64,000 nucleotides of DNA from an uncultured delta proteobacterium (GCA_963842085.1 CAWJET010000001.1:928001-992000); one strand, 5' to 3'. Counted from the stretch's first letter, positions 50,687 to 61,570 are shown. The notes: generated by a model from the sequence alone, not told the origin. Made by a program: numbers and translations.

Positions 50687-51451
50687 ATGGCGAGTCCAAA
50701 GATGTTCGATTTGAGCGGAGAGGTGGCCGTGGTCACCGGCGGCAACGGCGGGATCGGGCGCGGGATCGCGCTTGGATTTGCCGAAGCCGGCGCGTCGGTC
50801 GCGATTCTCGCGCGCAACGAGAAGAAGAATCGCGCCGTGGTGGACGAGCTCATGAAGGCAGGCGCAGCGGCGATAGCGATACCGCTCGACGTGACGCGCC
50901 GCGACGACCTGGGTCCGGCGATGGAGCAAGTCGAGCGCAAGCTGGGGCCCATCTCGATTCTCGTCAACAACGCTGGAATCGCGATCATGGGAGGCGCGTT
51001 GGATTTCAGGGCCACGGACTGGGATCGGGTGATCGAAACGAACCTGAGCTCGTGCTTTTTCCTTTCGCAGATCGCGGCGCGCTCGATGGTTGCGCGCAAG
51101 CACGGCAAGATAATTAATATCGCGAGCGAGTATTCCTCGTTCGGCGCGCAGAACCTGATACCCTACCCCGCGGCGAAGGGCGCGCTGGTGCAGGTGACCA
51201 GGACGATGGCGATCGAACTGGCGCCGCACAACGTCCAGGTCAACGCGATCGTGCCGGGGTGGATCGAAACCGACATGACGGTGGTTGCGCAGAGCGGACC
51301 GATGTTCCGGGAAATAATCATGCGCACCCCGGCCGGCCGCTTCGGCAAGCCCGAGGAGGTGGCGGGTGCGGCGGTGTTTTTGACATCGCACGCGTCGGAC
51401 TTCGTAACGGGATCGATCGTATACGTGGACGGCGGCTACGCGATCAGGTGA
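50687..51451 (+). CDS. SDR oxidoreductase (KduD / gluconate 5-dehydrogenase-like)
   Basis: TGGNGGIG, NNAG, YPAAK, VDGGY. Confidence 0.92.
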   Translation: MASPKMFDLSGEVAVVTGGNGGIGRGIALGFAEAGASVAILARNEKKNRAVVDELMKAGAAAIAIPLDVTRRDDLGPAMEQVERKLGPISILVNNAGIAIMGGALDFRATDWDRVIETNLSSCFFLSQIAARSMVARKHGKIINIASEYSSFGAQNLIPYPAAKGALVQVTRTMAIELAPHNVQVNAIVPGWIETDMTVVAQSGPMFREIIMRTPAGRFGKPEEVAGAAVFLTSHASDFVTGSIVYVDGGYAIR

Positions 51452-51457
51452 GAAGCA

Positions 51458-51841
51458 GTGAAAAAATGCTTAGCGACGAAATTCTACGAACTTCACGGCG
51501 TGCGCATTCTCGAATGTGCGCCGGATAGGGAGAAGCTGCGGACCTATCGCGATGCGGTCGACCTCGTCGGCAAGGCATTTGAGAATCGCGCCACGCTGAT
51601 CGTGATTCCGGTTGAGTGCCTCGACGATGATTTCTTCCGGCTGAGGACGCGCATCGCCGGCGAGTTGATCCAGAAGTTCGTGCAATATCGGCGGCGCCTG
51701 GCGATCGTCGGCGATATCTCGCGGCATCTGGCCGAAAGCTCCGCGTTGCGCGCCTTGGTGAACGAGTCGAATCGCGGGAAAGAAGTGTGGTTCGCGGCAA
51801 GCCTCGCGGAACTCAACGATCGGCTCGAGCAGGCGGTTTAA
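51458..51841 (+). CDS. DUF4180 family protein
   Basis: DDFFRLRTRIAGELIQKFVQY..AIVGD..ESNRG; start uncertain. Confidence 0.8.
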   Translation: MKKCLATKFYELHGVRILECAPDREKLRTYRDAVDLVGKAFENRATLIVIPVECLDDDFFRLRTRIAGELIQKFVQYRRRLAIVGDISRHLAESSALRALVNESNRGKEVWFAASLAELNDRLEQAV

Positions 51842-51874
51842 CGCTGGCCGCGCGGCGGCGTAAGATGCCGCATC

Positions 51875-53416
51875 ATGGCTCGACGCAAAATGCCCTCTTC
51901 CGCTCGTCCTGAAACCGCGCGTCACGAGCACGGCCTGCCGGCGCTCAAGCCGTTGCGCGTGCTGGTGGCCGGCGAGGTAATCCTCGATCGCTATATCTGG
52001 GGCGACGTCGGGCGGATTTCGCCCGAGGCGCCGATCCCGATTCTGCGCGTGCAGCGGCGCGAGGAGAAGCCGGGCAACGCGGGCTTCGTGATGGCGAACC
52101 TGCGGGCGCTCGGCGCGGACGTGAGCGCGCTCAGCGTGGTAGGCGCGGATCGCAACGGCGGCCTGCTGCGCGAAATTTTCGCCGATCTCGGAATCGACAC
52201 CGGCTCGATTCTGATCGATCCCGACCGCCCCACGATCGTCAAAGATCGAATGCTCGGTTCCGTACAAGCGGCCCATCGCGCGACCCAGCAACTGCTCCGC
52301 GTCGATGAGGAAGACCCCAGCCCGCTCAAGCCGCCGCGCGAACGCGAGCTGATCGCGCGCCTCAAGTCGGAGCTGCGCAACTGCGACGGCGTTTTGATCT
52401 CGGATATCGATAAGGGCATGCTCACGCGGGCCGTGTTGCGCGCGCTGATCGACGGGGGCCGGGCGCGCGGAATCCCGGTGATCATCGATCCGCGCAGGAC
52501 CGAGGATTTTTCGATCTATCGCGGCGCCACCGCGCTCACCCCCAATCGCCACGAGACCGAAGTCGCAACCGGGATGCGCCTGACGGACCGCGACGCGTGG
52601 CGCAAAGCGGCCGAGACTCTCGTGCGCAAGCTTGGCCTCGAAGCGTGCCTGATAACGCTCGATCGCGACGGGATGTATCTGGCGGAGCGCGGCGGCCAGG
52701 ACACCTACGTCTCGACGATGCCGCGCGAGGTTTACGACGTGACGGGCGCGGGCGACGTGGTGCTGAGCGTGTTCGGGATGTTTGCGATCGCGGGGCTGGG
52801 CTTCTCGTCGGCGGCTAATATCGCGAACCTGGCCGCGAGCATCGAGGTAACCCGGATTGGCACGGAAGTTATCACGCGCGAAGATCTCGCGCGCGCATTG
52901 AGTCCCGCGCACTTAAGTTACGAGCGCAAAATCCATTCGGCGGACGAACTCAAGGCGGCGCTCGAACGCGAGCGGCGCGCCGGCCGGCGAATCGCCTTCA
53001 CCAACGGATGTTTCGACCTGCTGCACGCCGGACATATCCAGGCGCTCGCGTTTGCGCGCGCGCAGGCCGACGTGCTGGTGGTCGGACTCAACAGCGATCG
53101 CAGCGTGCGACAGCTCAAAGGCAACGGGCGCCCTATCTATCCCGCGGCGGAGCGCGCGAGAATCCTGGCCGCGCTGGAAGCGGTTGATTACGTCGTTGTG
53201 TTTGACGAAACGCGCGCCGAGAAGATTATTCGCGCGGTCAAACCCGACATTCTGGTCAAGGGCGAGGACTGGCGCGGCAAGCGGGTGGACGGCCAGGCGT
53301 TCGTCGAGTCGCGCGGCGGTAGAGTGGCGCTGGCGCCTTTGCTGGGCGGACGCTCCACCAGTGCGACTATCGATCGGATGAGTTCGACGGCGCGCGCGGA
53401 AAGAAACGGCGCCTGA
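51875..53416 (+). CDS. hldE: Bifunctional heptose-7-P kinase / heptose-1-P adenylyltransferase
   Basis: RISPEAP, DVTGAGD, FTNGCFDLLHAGH, GLNSDRSV, LVKGED. Confidence 0.92.
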   Translation: MARRKMPSSARPETARHEHGLPALKPLRVLVAGEVILDRYIWGDVGRISPEAPIPILRVQRREEKPGNAGFVMANLRALGADVSALSVVGADRNGGLLREIFADLGIDTGSILIDPDRPTIVKDRMLGSVQAAHRATQQLLRVDEEDPSPLKPPRERELIARLKSELRNCDGVLISDIDKGMLTRAVLRALIDGGRARGIPVIIDPRRTEDFSIYRGATALTPNRHETEVATGMRLTDRDAWRKAAETLVRKLGLEACLITLDRDGMYLAERGGQDTYVSTMPREVYDVTGAGDVVLSVFGMFAIAGLGFSSAANIANLAASIEVTRIGTEVITREDLARALSPAHLSYERKIHSADELKAALERERRAGRRIAFTNGCFDLLHAGHIQALAFARAQADVLVVGLNSDRSVRQLKGNGRPIYPAAERARILAALEAVDYVVVFDETRAEKIIRAVKPDILVKGEDWRGKRVDGQAFVESRGGRVALAPLLGGRSTSATIDRMSSTARAERNGA

Positions 53417-55037
53417 TTTGGTCGCTGAATTGCTTGAGTTCCGGCATCGCCAGCATCCAGGCGCCGAACAAATAGAGCCCGCCGTAAGTCGAAAGAATCG
53501 CCAACCCCTGGATGCGTGGCCCGAATCCCGCCATCCGAAGTTTCAACATGAATCCAAGCGCAGCGGCTCCTAGAGCCAGCGCCCACAACTTCGCCAGATA
53601 CGGACGCTCGAGCCCGGTCCATCCGATGCGCCCGTTCAGCGCCCATCGCAGCATCGCAAACTCGACCCACCCCGCGGCGCCCGCCGAAACCGTCAGCCCG
53701 GCAACACCCCACTTCTGCGCGATTCCGAGCATCGGCGGCAGCGGCATCGCGCATAGATAGCCGAGCACCAGCGTCAGCACGACGCGGATCAGTGCGAATC
53801 GAAGCGGCGTGCGAGTATCGAACAGCGCGTAGAACGCCGAGTTGTACAGCCGGCCCATCGTAGCCGCTAGCAGCCCGATCCCCGAGCCCGCGAGCACGGC
53901 CCACACGTAGACCGCGTCGGCGCGGGTGAACGCGCCCGACTGATAAATCATCGCGACGATCACGTCGCCTAGAATCAAAAAGGCCGCGGACGACGGGACC
54001 ACCAGAAACGCGATTTGGCGCAGGCCGCGATTGAGCCGCCCGCGCAGGATCGTGCTCATCTGCTCCGGCATCGCACCTGCCGCGCGCGACATCGCGGGCA
54101 ACTCCGACGCCGCCACCGAGTATCCGAACAGGCTGATCGGCACCATGTAGAGCACCTGGCCGTAGTTGAGCGCGGCGACGGCGCCGGTCGGCAGGAGGCT
54201 CGCCAGCACGTTATCCACGTAGCTGCTCAGGTTGATGACGCCGCGGCTGATGACCACCGGCGTCAGATTGTGGAACACCGAGCGCAAGGGCGCGGCAACG
54301 CGCGCGAAGTCGATGCGATGCTTTCTGAGCAGCGCCAGCGTTTGCGGAACCTGCACCGCGATTTGCAAAGCGGAGCCGACGACAGACGCCCAAGAGATCG
54401 CGATCGCGAGACCGTCCTGCGAGCGGCGGGGGCCGTAATAAAGCAGCGCCGCGATCATCGCGATGTTCCACGCCACTGGCGCGGTGTACGAGACGAAAAA
54501 TTTGTGATGAGTGTTTAGAACGCCGAGAAACCATGCCGACACCACGAGCAACCCCGCCCCGGGAAACAGGATGCGCACGATCTGGATCGTCAAGTCGCGC
54601 TTGTCGCCCTCGAAGCCCGGCGCGATCACGTCGATCAGATACGGCGTCACCATCACGCCGATCGCCACCATCACCGAGACGCCGAGCGTCAGAATGGCGC
54701 CGACACCCCACGCGACCATGTCGGCGGTCTCGGCGTCGCCCTCGCCCAGCAGTTTTCCGTAAACCGGGATGAACGACGCGGACAGTACGCCCTCGCCGAA
54801 CAGGTTCTGCAAAACGTTCGGGATGCGAAAGCCCGCTTTGAACGCGTCTGCGGTGGCCGAATCGCCGAGGAAATGAGCGAAGATGCTGTCGCGGACGAGA
54901 CCGGCTATCCGGCTGAGCAACACGCCTGCGGCGATCGTGCCTGCCCGGCTGGCGCCCGAGCCGCTCGCGCCGGCGACGCCGGCAGGCGGCTTGACGCGCG
55001 GTTCGTTGCGATCGTGATTGGGTGCGATTTCGGACAA
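53367..55037 (-). CDS. murJ: Lipid II flippase MurJ
   Basis: LSRIAGLVRD, FRIPNVLQNLFGEG.LSASFIP, FYALFDTRTP; probable TTG start at 55037. Confidence 0.92.
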   Translation of the reverse strand: MSEIAPNHDRNEPRVKPPAGVAGASGSGASRAGTIAAGVLLSRIAGLVRDSIFAHFLGDSATADAFKAGFRIPNVLQNLFGEGVLSASFIPVYGKLLGEGDAETADMVAWGVGAILTLGVSVMVAIGVMVTPYLIDVIAPGFEGDKRDLTIQIVRILFPGAGLLVVSAWFLGVLNTHHKFFVSYTAPVAWNIAMIAALLYYGPRRSQDGLAIAISWASVVGSALQIAVQVPQTLALLRKHRIDFARVAAPLRSVFHNLTPVVISRGVINLSSYVDNVLASLLPTGAVAALNYGQVLYMVPISLFGYSVAASELPAMSRAAGAMPEQMSTILRGRLNRGLRQIAFLVVPSSAAFLILGDVIVAMIYQSGAFTRADAVYVWAVLAGSGIGLLAATMGRLYNSAFYALFDTRTPLRFALIRVVLTLVLGYLCAMPLPPMLGIAQKWGVAGLTVSAGAAGWVEFAMLRWALNGRIGWTGLERPYLAKLWALALGAAALGFMLKLRMAGFGPRIQGLAILSTYGGLYLFGAWMLAMPELKQFSDQIRRRFFPRAPSNSSDR

Positions 55038-55115
55038 GTTGCCTCTGACGCAGGGAGTATAGCGACCGCCTGAGGCGCGTAGTAGCGGGCGTCGAAGGCG
55101 CGCTACAATCGACCC

Positions 55116-56270
55116 GTGAGCTTTTCGCTTTACGTCCATATTCCGTGGTGCCAATCGAAGTGCCCGTACTGCGACTTCAATTCGCATGCGGCGGCGTCGT
55201 GGCCGGAAGCGGATTACACGCGCGCACTGACTTCGGAGCTTGAATACAGGGCGAGCACTCCGTCGTATTCAGGTCAACGCCTCAAGACGATCTTTTTTGG
55301 TGGCGGAACGCCGTCGCTTTTCGAGCCCAAATCCATCGGCGCGATAATCGACGCCGCCAATCGCGTGTGCGGCATCGAACACGACGCCGAGATAACGCTC
55401 GAAGCGAATCCCGGCACGGTGGCCCTGGCGAAACTCGTCGGGATGCGCGCGGCCGGCGTGAATCGAATCAGCTTCGGCGCGCAATCGTTCAATGCGACGA
55501 CGCTCAAGTTTCTTGGCCGAATTCACAGCGCCGACCAAACCCGCGCGGCGGCAAAGATGGCGCATGGCGCGCGCTTCGATCGGCTCAATCTCGATTTGAT
55601 CTTCGCGGTTCCGGGACAAACGATTGCCGACGTGCTGTTCGACATCGAATCGGCGGCCGCGCTCGAACCGGATCACCTGTCGGCTTACAACCTGACCTTC
55701 GAAGAAGGCACCGCTTTTTTCACGGACTTGAAACGCGGACGAATCAAACAGCTCGCCACTGACGAGCAAGCCGCGATGTATCAAACGGTGCGCGAGGAAA
55801 TCCCGCGGCGCGGTTACGCGATGTATGAAATTTCGAACTACGCGGCGCCCGGTCACGAAGCACGCCACAATCTGACGTACTGGCGCGGGCAGACGTACCT
55901 CGGAATCGGCGCGGGCGCACATAGCTATGCAGGCCACGGGCGTGGCGGCCAGCGAAAGCGATGGTGGAATGAGAGACTGCCGGCGCGTTACATCGCCGCG
56001 ATCGAAGAGCGCCAAAGTGCGGAGGCCGGCGCCGAAACGATCGACGAAGCCACCGCACAGAGTGAGTTTGTGTTCCTGAATCTACGGCTGCGCGAAGGCT
56101 TCGCGCTGGCCGACTTTCACCAGCGCTTCGGCCGCAACTTCGAATGCATCTTCGGCAGTATCGCCACTCCGCTGTTCAACAACGGCTTGCTGACGCTCGA
56201 GCGCGGACGAATCAAACTGACCGACCGCGGCCTCGAGATGGCCGACTCGGTGTTCGCCGAATTCGTTTAG
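55116..56270 (+). CDS. hemW: Radical SAM heme chaperone HemW
   Basis: LYVHIPWCQSKCPYCDFN, GGGTPS, YEISNYA, HNLTYW. Confidence 0.92.
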   Translation: MSFSLYVHIPWCQSKCPYCDFNSHAAASWPEADYTRALTSELEYRASTPSYSGQRLKTIFFGGGTPSLFEPKSIGAIIDAANRVCGIEHDAEITLEANPGTVALAKLVGMRAAGVNRISFGAQSFNATTLKFLGRIHSADQTRAAAKMAHGARFDRLNLDLIFAVPGQTIADVLFDIESAAALEPDHLSAYNLTFEEGTAFFTDLKRGRIKQLATDEQAAMYQTVREEIPRRGYAMYEISNYAAPGHEARHNLTYWRGQTYLGIGAGAHSYAGHGRGGQRKRWWNERLPARYIAAIEERQSAEAGAETIDEATAQSEFVFLNLRLREGFALADFHQRFGRNFECIFGSIATPLFNNGLLTLERGRIKLTDRGLEMADSVFAEFV

Positions 56271-57886
56271 GCGGCTCGGCTGATGGTTGCGTCGAGCAGT
56301 TCGACGATGCGCGCCGGGGTGGCGAGCCGGATGAACGCGCCGAGGCGCGGGCCGCGCTCCTGGCCGAGAATCGAGCGATAGAGCAGCGGAAAAATCTTGC
56401 CGGGCTTGTCGTAATTTTCGCGTCCGAGATCGTAAATCTTCTTCTCGATCTCTTCGGCGCTCGCGCCCTGGTTTTCGCGCAGGTACGCCGCGAGACTTTT
56501 CAGTTGCGCGCGCTCGGTATCCGACGGCGTGTAGGGCTTCTTCGCGGGCTCGATAAAATCGCGGTAGAAATTGAGTGCGCATTCCATCAGCGCCCGCCCC
56601 ATCGCCTCGGTTTCGGGATCGCCCGCGATCGACGCGTCGTAGCGGACGATGTAATTCCAGATGAAATCGCGATCCGAACTGCCCAGCGCGGCGACCAGGT
56701 TCATCATCATCCCGAAGCTGAGCGTCGAGTTGAATCGCCTCGGCGTCGTGCTCTGGATGACGAATTCGAGAACCGACTCGCGCCGCTGTTCTTCCGACGC
56801 CGCCGCGTATTCGCGCAACGCGTCGAGGTATTCATCGACGTATTGCGGAATCGCCTCGAGAAACAACTTGCGCGCGCGGCGCGGATTGAGCAGCAGGAAA
56901 AATTTGAGCACCTCGATCGGCGCGTAACGCGTCCACTGCTCGACGGTCACGCCCCGGCCGACCGACTTCGAGACCTTGCGCCCGTCTTCGTCGAGGAACA
57001 TCTCGAATGGGAATCCGAGCGGCGGCTGCGCGCCCATCACGCGGAGAATCTGTCCCGAGAGCCGCGCCGAGTCGGTGAGATCCTTGCCGTACAATTCGTA
57101 ATCGACCTTGAGCACGTACCATCGCAGCGCCCAATCGACCTTCCATTGCACCTTGGCCTTGCCCCCGAGCACCGACTGCTCGCCGCGGAAACCGCAGCCC
57201 GAGGTGCCGCCCGCGCTCTTTTCGCAGGTAAACTCGATTGAAGCGCGCTCGGGGTGATACGCCGACACCGTTCGCTCGACGACTTGCCCGCAGTTGGGAC
57301 AAATCGGCATGAACGGCGACCATCCCGCGCGATTTTCCTCGCGCAGCGTCGGCGCGATGATCGCGATGATCTCCGCGTGTTTTTCGAGGATCACCTTGAG
57401 GCCCGCGTCGAAGCGCCCCGACGAGTACATCTCGGCCGCGCGCATCAGTTCGTACTCGACTTCGACCGGCGCCAGGAATCCGCCGAGCAACCCGAGCATG
57501 TGGTCGGCAAAGCTGGCGCAGCATCCGAATGGGTCGGGGATTTTCGAGACCGGGATGCCCAGGTACTGCTCGACGTCCTCGCGATTCGGCACGTTCTCCG
57601 GTACTTTGCGGAGTCCGTCGAGATCGTCGATGAAAACAATCAGGCGCGACGGCCGGGACGGCTCGATCTGATGAAACGCCTTGCGCACGAACGACGGGCG
57701 TAGAATCTCTGCCATCGTGCCCAGATGCGGCAATCCCGACGGCCCGAAGCCACTCTGGAAAATTACCGGACGCGCCGGCTCGTATGCTGCGACGCGCTCT
57801 GCGAGCCGCCGAGCTTCTTCACGCGGCCATAATTCGGCAACAACTGTGTTGCCTGGTTGCGAATCGGACCTCGAAGCACCCGCCAT
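56267..57886 (-). CDS. lysS: Lysine--tRNA ligase, class I
   Basis: GFGPSGLPHLG, DDLDGLRKVP, KVQWKVDWALRW, KVSKSVG, GPRLGAFI. Confidence 0.93.
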   Translation of the reverse strand: MAGASRSDSQPGNTVVAELWPREEARRLAERVAAYEPARPVIFQSGFGPSGLPHLGTMAEILRPSFVRKAFHQIEPSRPSRLIVFIDDLDGLRKVPENVPNREDVEQYLGIPVSKIPDPFGCCASFADHMLGLLGGFLAPVEVEYELMRAAEMYSSGRFDAGLKVILEKHAEIIAIIAPTLREENRAGWSPFMPICPNCGQVVERTVSAYHPERASIEFTCEKSAGGTSGCGFRGEQSVLGGKAKVQWKVDWALRWYVLKVDYELYGKDLTDSARLSGQILRVMGAQPPLGFPFEMFLDEDGRKVSKSVGRGVTVEQWTRYAPIEVLKFFLLLNPRRARKLFLEAIPQYVDEYLDALREYAAASEEQRRESVLEFVIQSTTPRRFNSTLSFGMMMNLVAALGSSDRDFIWNYIVRYDASIAGDPETEAMGRALMECALNFYRDFIEPAKKPYTPSDTERAQLKSLAAYLRENQGASAEEIEKKIYDLGRENYDKPGKIFPLLYRSILGQERGPRLGAFIRLATPARIVELLDATISRAA

Positions 57887-57902
57887 CGATTGAATCTCTT
57901 CC

Positions 57903-58154
57903 TCAGCTTTCCGGCTTGTCGGGATCTTTGCCGCGCAGCACGCTGGCGACCGCCTCGTGTATCCATGGATCGATCTGCAGGTCGCGATTTTTCTCCGAGG
58001 CGAGCCGCAGTTTAACCGCGCAGTTGCCGCAGATAAAGGCCTGCTGGCGAAAGCCCGCGGTATCTTCGACGGAAATGCGCAGCAGCCACTCGGCGAATTC
58101 GCGGCGGCAGATCACGCAGTGGTATTTGTTAGAATGTGAATTCGAGGATTCCAT
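57903..58154 (-). CDS. Small putative zinc-binding hypothetical protein
   Basis: CVIC...CGNC; co-oriented just upstream of lysS. Confidence 0.55.
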   Translation of the reverse strand: MESSNSHSNKYHCVICRREFAEWLLRISVEDTAGFRQQAFICGNCAVKLRLASEKNRDLQIDPWIHEAVASVLRGKDPDKPES

Positions 58155-58385
58155 GAGCGTTGTTATTCTATATCATTGCGTCAACTCTTTGCGCTGTGAT
58201 ATTCCCCTTCCACCGATGATTCCCACGACGCGTCGCCAGGATAGAGAATACCGCCGCTTGCATTTTCGGACCGCCGGTCCCGTTATTCGGGCCAATCGCG
58301 GGCCAGGCGCCACCACTCGAGCAGTCTGCAAATAAGCCGCTGACTCACCGGTCGTCGCTCGACGCGACCCGGGACTTTCCATTTT

Positions 58386-59432
58386 ATGGATCAGGCGTTC
58401 ACCAAACAGAAAATCAAGGAATTGCGCGCGCTGGTCGGCGAGGGCGATCGCATCGCTATCGTCTTGCAGGACGATCCTGATCCCGACGCCATGGCTAGCG
58501 CGATGGCGCTGCGCACGCTGCTCGGGCGCAACAAGCAGACCACGCCGTGCTTCGCGTTCAAGCCCGTCACGCGGCCGGAAAATCGCACGATGGTGCATCT
58601 GCTGGAGATAGCAATCCAGCCCGCCACCACCGAGGACCTGCGCTCGTTCGACAAGATTGCGATGGTCGACGTTCAGCCGCCGTACTTCGGCGAGAAACTT
58701 CCGCGCGCCGACATCGCGATCGATCATCATCCCGGCTACGCCGGCGGGGCCGCTCCGTTCGAGGACGTGCGCACGAAATACGGCGCGACTTCGACGATCA
58801 TGACCGAGTACCTGGTTACCGCTGACGAAAAAATCAGCGAGCGCTTGGCGACCGCGCTGCTCTACGGAATTCGCAGCGACACTTTGGCCTTGTCGCGCCG
58901 CGTGACCGACGACGACCTGCAAGCGTTCACGCTGCTCGTTCCGCTGGCTAACTACAGTTTGCTCCGGCAGATCGATCGTCCCGAGCTGCCGCTTAGTTTC
59001 GCGCAAATCCTGGCGCGCGCGATGAAACGGATGGTGGTCAAGGATCACCTGGTCGTGCTCAATCTTGGCCGCGTCGAGCGCGACGACCTGATCGTGCAGA
59101 TGGCGGACTTCTGCCTGCAGTTCGAGGGCGTGGCGTGGGTCGCGGTCGCGGGCAAACTTGGCGGCCAGCTCGTGATAAGTGTGCGCAACCACGGCATGAG
59201 CGGCAACAATGCCGGCGAGACAGTCAAGAGCTTGTTCGCCGATATCGGCAGCGCCGGCGGCCACCGCAACATGTCCAAGGCGGTAATTCCCTTGCGCGCG
59301 TGGCGCCGGCGCGAGGGCACTACCCGCGACTCGCAAATCGAATCGCGCTTGCGTGAGTTGTTCACCGCGCGCATCAAGGGCGAGGCCGAAGCCAACGCGG
59401 TTCGCGCTGCGCCCGGCCGCAACGGCAACTGA
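58386..59432 (+). CDS. DHH-family phosphoesterase
   Basis: DPDPDA, MVDV, IDHH, GIRSDT, AGGH. Confidence 0.92.
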   Translation: MDQAFTKQKIKELRALVGEGDRIAIVLQDDPDPDAMASAMALRTLLGRNKQTTPCFAFKPVTRPENRTMVHLLEIAIQPATTEDLRSFDKIAMVDVQPPYFGEKLPRADIAIDHHPGYAGGAAPFEDVRTKYGATSTIMTEYLVTADEKISERLATALLYGIRSDTLALSRRVTDDDLQAFTLLVPLANYSLLRQIDRPELPLSFAQILARAMKRMVVKDHLVVLNLGRVERDDLIVQMADFCLQFEGVAWVAVAGKLGGQLVISVRNHGMSGNNAGETVKSLFADIGSAGGHRNMSKAVIPLRAWRRREGTTRDSQIESRLRELFTARIKGEAEANAVRAAPGRNGN

Positions 59433-59519
59433 CTCGCGAGGCACGGCGAGACCAGTCTGCCGTTTACCGGTTTTGCCGATTTCCATATCGTAGTTGGCGC
59501 CCGTGCGTAGTCTGTTGCG

Positions 59520-60974
59520 ATGAGTTCGAAGCCCTCCAGAATCTCCGCCTTCGAGTTTCTGGCGCCGATGATCGTCGGCTGCGCGCTGTTCATGGAAATG
59601 CTCGACGCGACGGTCATCTCGACCGCGCTGCCCGCGATGGCCAAGTCGCTGGGCGAGGATCCGATCAAGCTCAATCTCGCGATCACCTCCTACCTGCTGA
59701 GCCTCGCCGTTTTCATTCCGATCAGCGGCTGGATGGCGGATCGATTCGGCGCGCGCACGGTCTTTCGCGCTGCGATCGTGATTTTCACTGTCGGTTCGGT
59801 ACTCTGCGGACTGTCGCATTCGCTGCCGCAACTGGTCGCGGCGCGGATTGCGCAAGGCTTTGGCGGGGCCATGATGGTCCCCGTCGGCCGCCTGATCGTT
59901 CTGAAGACCGTCGCCAAGTCCGACCTCGTCACCGCGATGTCTTATCTGACCGTGCCCGCCGTGTTGGGTCCGGTGGTCGGGCCGCCGGTCGGCGGGTTCA
60001 TCGTGACCTACTATTCCTGGCGCTGGATTTTCTTCATCAACGTGCCCATCGGCGCGATCGGTATCACGCTGGTCACGTGGTACATCCCCAACATCCGCGA
60101 CAATAATGTTTTCCCGCTCGACCTGCGCGGCTTTCTGCTTACCGGCCTGGGGCTGGCGGGCATGGTCTCCGCGTTCGAGTCGATCGGCCGCGGCGTCATT
60201 CCCGCCGGCGTCATCATGTGCGTGATGGCCGCCGGAGGCATGTGCATGGCGCTTTACCTACTTCACGCGCGGCGCATCGACTATCCGATCATCAATCTTG
60301 GTTTGCTGAAAGTCCCAACCTTCGCCGCGGCTACTCTTGGCGGCGGACTCTTTCGCATGGGCATCGGCGCCTTGCCGTTCCTGTTGGCAATGCTGCTGCA
60401 ATTGGTTTTCGGTCTCAGCCCGTTCGCTTCCGGCATGCTGACGTTCACCAGCGCCGCCGGCGCCTTGTTCATGAAGGTCACGGCGACGCCGATCATTCGC
60501 CGCTTCGGGTTTCGCTCGGTGCTGATCTCCAACGGCGTGCTCAGCGCCTTCATCATGATGAGTTACGCGCTGTTCCGCTCGACCACGTCCCACTACGTCA
60601 TCGTGCTGGCGCTCCTGTCGGGAGGGTTCTTCCGCTCGCTCCAATTCACGGCGCTGGGAAGCCTGGCCTACGCCGACGTGCCCGACTCGTTGATGAGCAA
60701 CGCGAGTACCCTGGCGAGCATGGCGCAGCAATTGTTCTTGAGCCTCGGCGTGGCGATCGGCGCGATGCTGCTGCACCTCAGCCTGGGCGCGCGCGGCGCG
60801 GCTCACCTGTCAGCGCACGATTTCACGCCGGCCTTCGTGGTCATGGGAGTTCTCGCGCTGCTGTCGTCGCTGCTATTCATGCCGCTCGAGTATCATGCCG
60901 GCGCTGAAGTTAGCGGCCGTCAAAGAGGTGTCGAGCTTTCTCGCACGGCGCAGACGGTTCCGGAGGCGGATTGA
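59520..60974 (+). CDS. DHA2-family MFS transporter
   Basis: MLDATVI, GWMADRFGAR, QGFGGAMMVPVGR, WRWIFFINVP. Confidence 0.93.
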   Translation: MSSKPSRISAFEFLAPMIVGCALFMEMLDATVISTALPAMAKSLGEDPIKLNLAITSYLLSLAVFIPISGWMADRFGARTVFRAAIVIFTVGSVLCGLSHSLPQLVAARIAQGFGGAMMVPVGRLIVLKTVAKSDLVTAMSYLTVPAVLGPVVGPPVGGFIVTYYSWRWIFFINVPIGAIGITLVTWYIPNIRDNNVFPLDLRGFLLTGLGLAGMVSAFESIGRGVIPAGVIMCVMAAGGMCMALYLLHARRIDYPIINLGLLKVPTFAAATLGGGLFRMGIGALPFLLAMLLQLVFGLSPFASGMLTFTSAAGALFMKVTATPIIRRFGFRSVLISNGVLSAFIMMSYALFRSTTSHYVIVLALLSGGFFRSLQFTALGSLAYADVPDSLMSNASTLASMAQQLFLSLGVAIGAMLLHLSLGARGAAHLSAHDFTPAFVVMGVLALLSSLLFMPLEYHAGAEVSGRQRGVELSRTAQTVPEAD

Positions 60975-61029
60975 TCGGGCGCGGTCGTTTACCGAAGCCG
61001 TCGATACCTTTATCGTAATCCCCGTGAAC

Positions 61030-61299
61030 GTGGCGGAGGCGACTGTGGAGGTCAAAAACCGGCTCGGACTTCATCTGCGGGCCGCATCCGCGCTCGCGCA
61101 GACGGCCGCGCAATTCACCTCGAAGGTTATGATTGGTCCGGGCAAGGACGAGCTGGTCAACGCCAAAAGCATTTCCTACCTCATGATGCTGGGCGCCGCT
61201 CAAGGCTCCAAGCTCAAGGTCCGCGCCGAAGGCGCTGACGCGCGCGAGGCTCTCAAAGCCGTCCAGACTTTGTTCGACGACCGCTTCGGCGAGGAATAA
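61030..61299 (+). CDS. ptsH: HPr phosphocarrier
   Basis: GLHLRAA (His15), NAKS (Ser46), FGEE; GTG start at 61024 or 61030. Confidence 0.9.
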   Translation: MAEATVEVKNRLGLHLRAASALAQTAAQFTSKVMIGPGKDELVNAKSISYLMMLGAAQGSKLKVRAEGADAREALKAVQTLFDDRFGEE

Positions 61300-61570
61300 C
61301 CGCCCTGAGCTCAAACCGCCTGGGCCTACCCGCAGAAGCCGCTATCTTGATTCTGTCCGATTGGTCAGTTATACCTTCACTACCTGAAAATCTTACGGCG
61401 CACTGCCGTTTTTCCATTTTTCTACTGTCTGGCAGGCGCTATGCTGACCTTCTGGAACAGAACTCAATTGAAGCCCTCAGTCCGCCGCGCCGCCCGCATA
61501 AGTTGATTTCCGGTCTGCGACGGGCCACTCGAAAACCCGAAAAGCGCTTTCCAAGGAGCAATCGCGAATA

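Noticed and set aside
53367-53416. 50 bp convergent overlap of hldE and murJ
   Set aside because: Involves only non-conserved tails; common in GC-rich genomes.
58173-59855. Long antisense ORFs (also 40019-41407, 51470-52912, 28397-29857, 46270-47400, 49191-50390)
   Set aside because: Shadow frames of well-supported genes, expected in high-GC DNA.
61300-61570. SAM or SAH riboswitch before metK
   Set aside because: No SAM-I, SAM-II or SAH consensus recognised by eye; an Rfam scan would be decisive.
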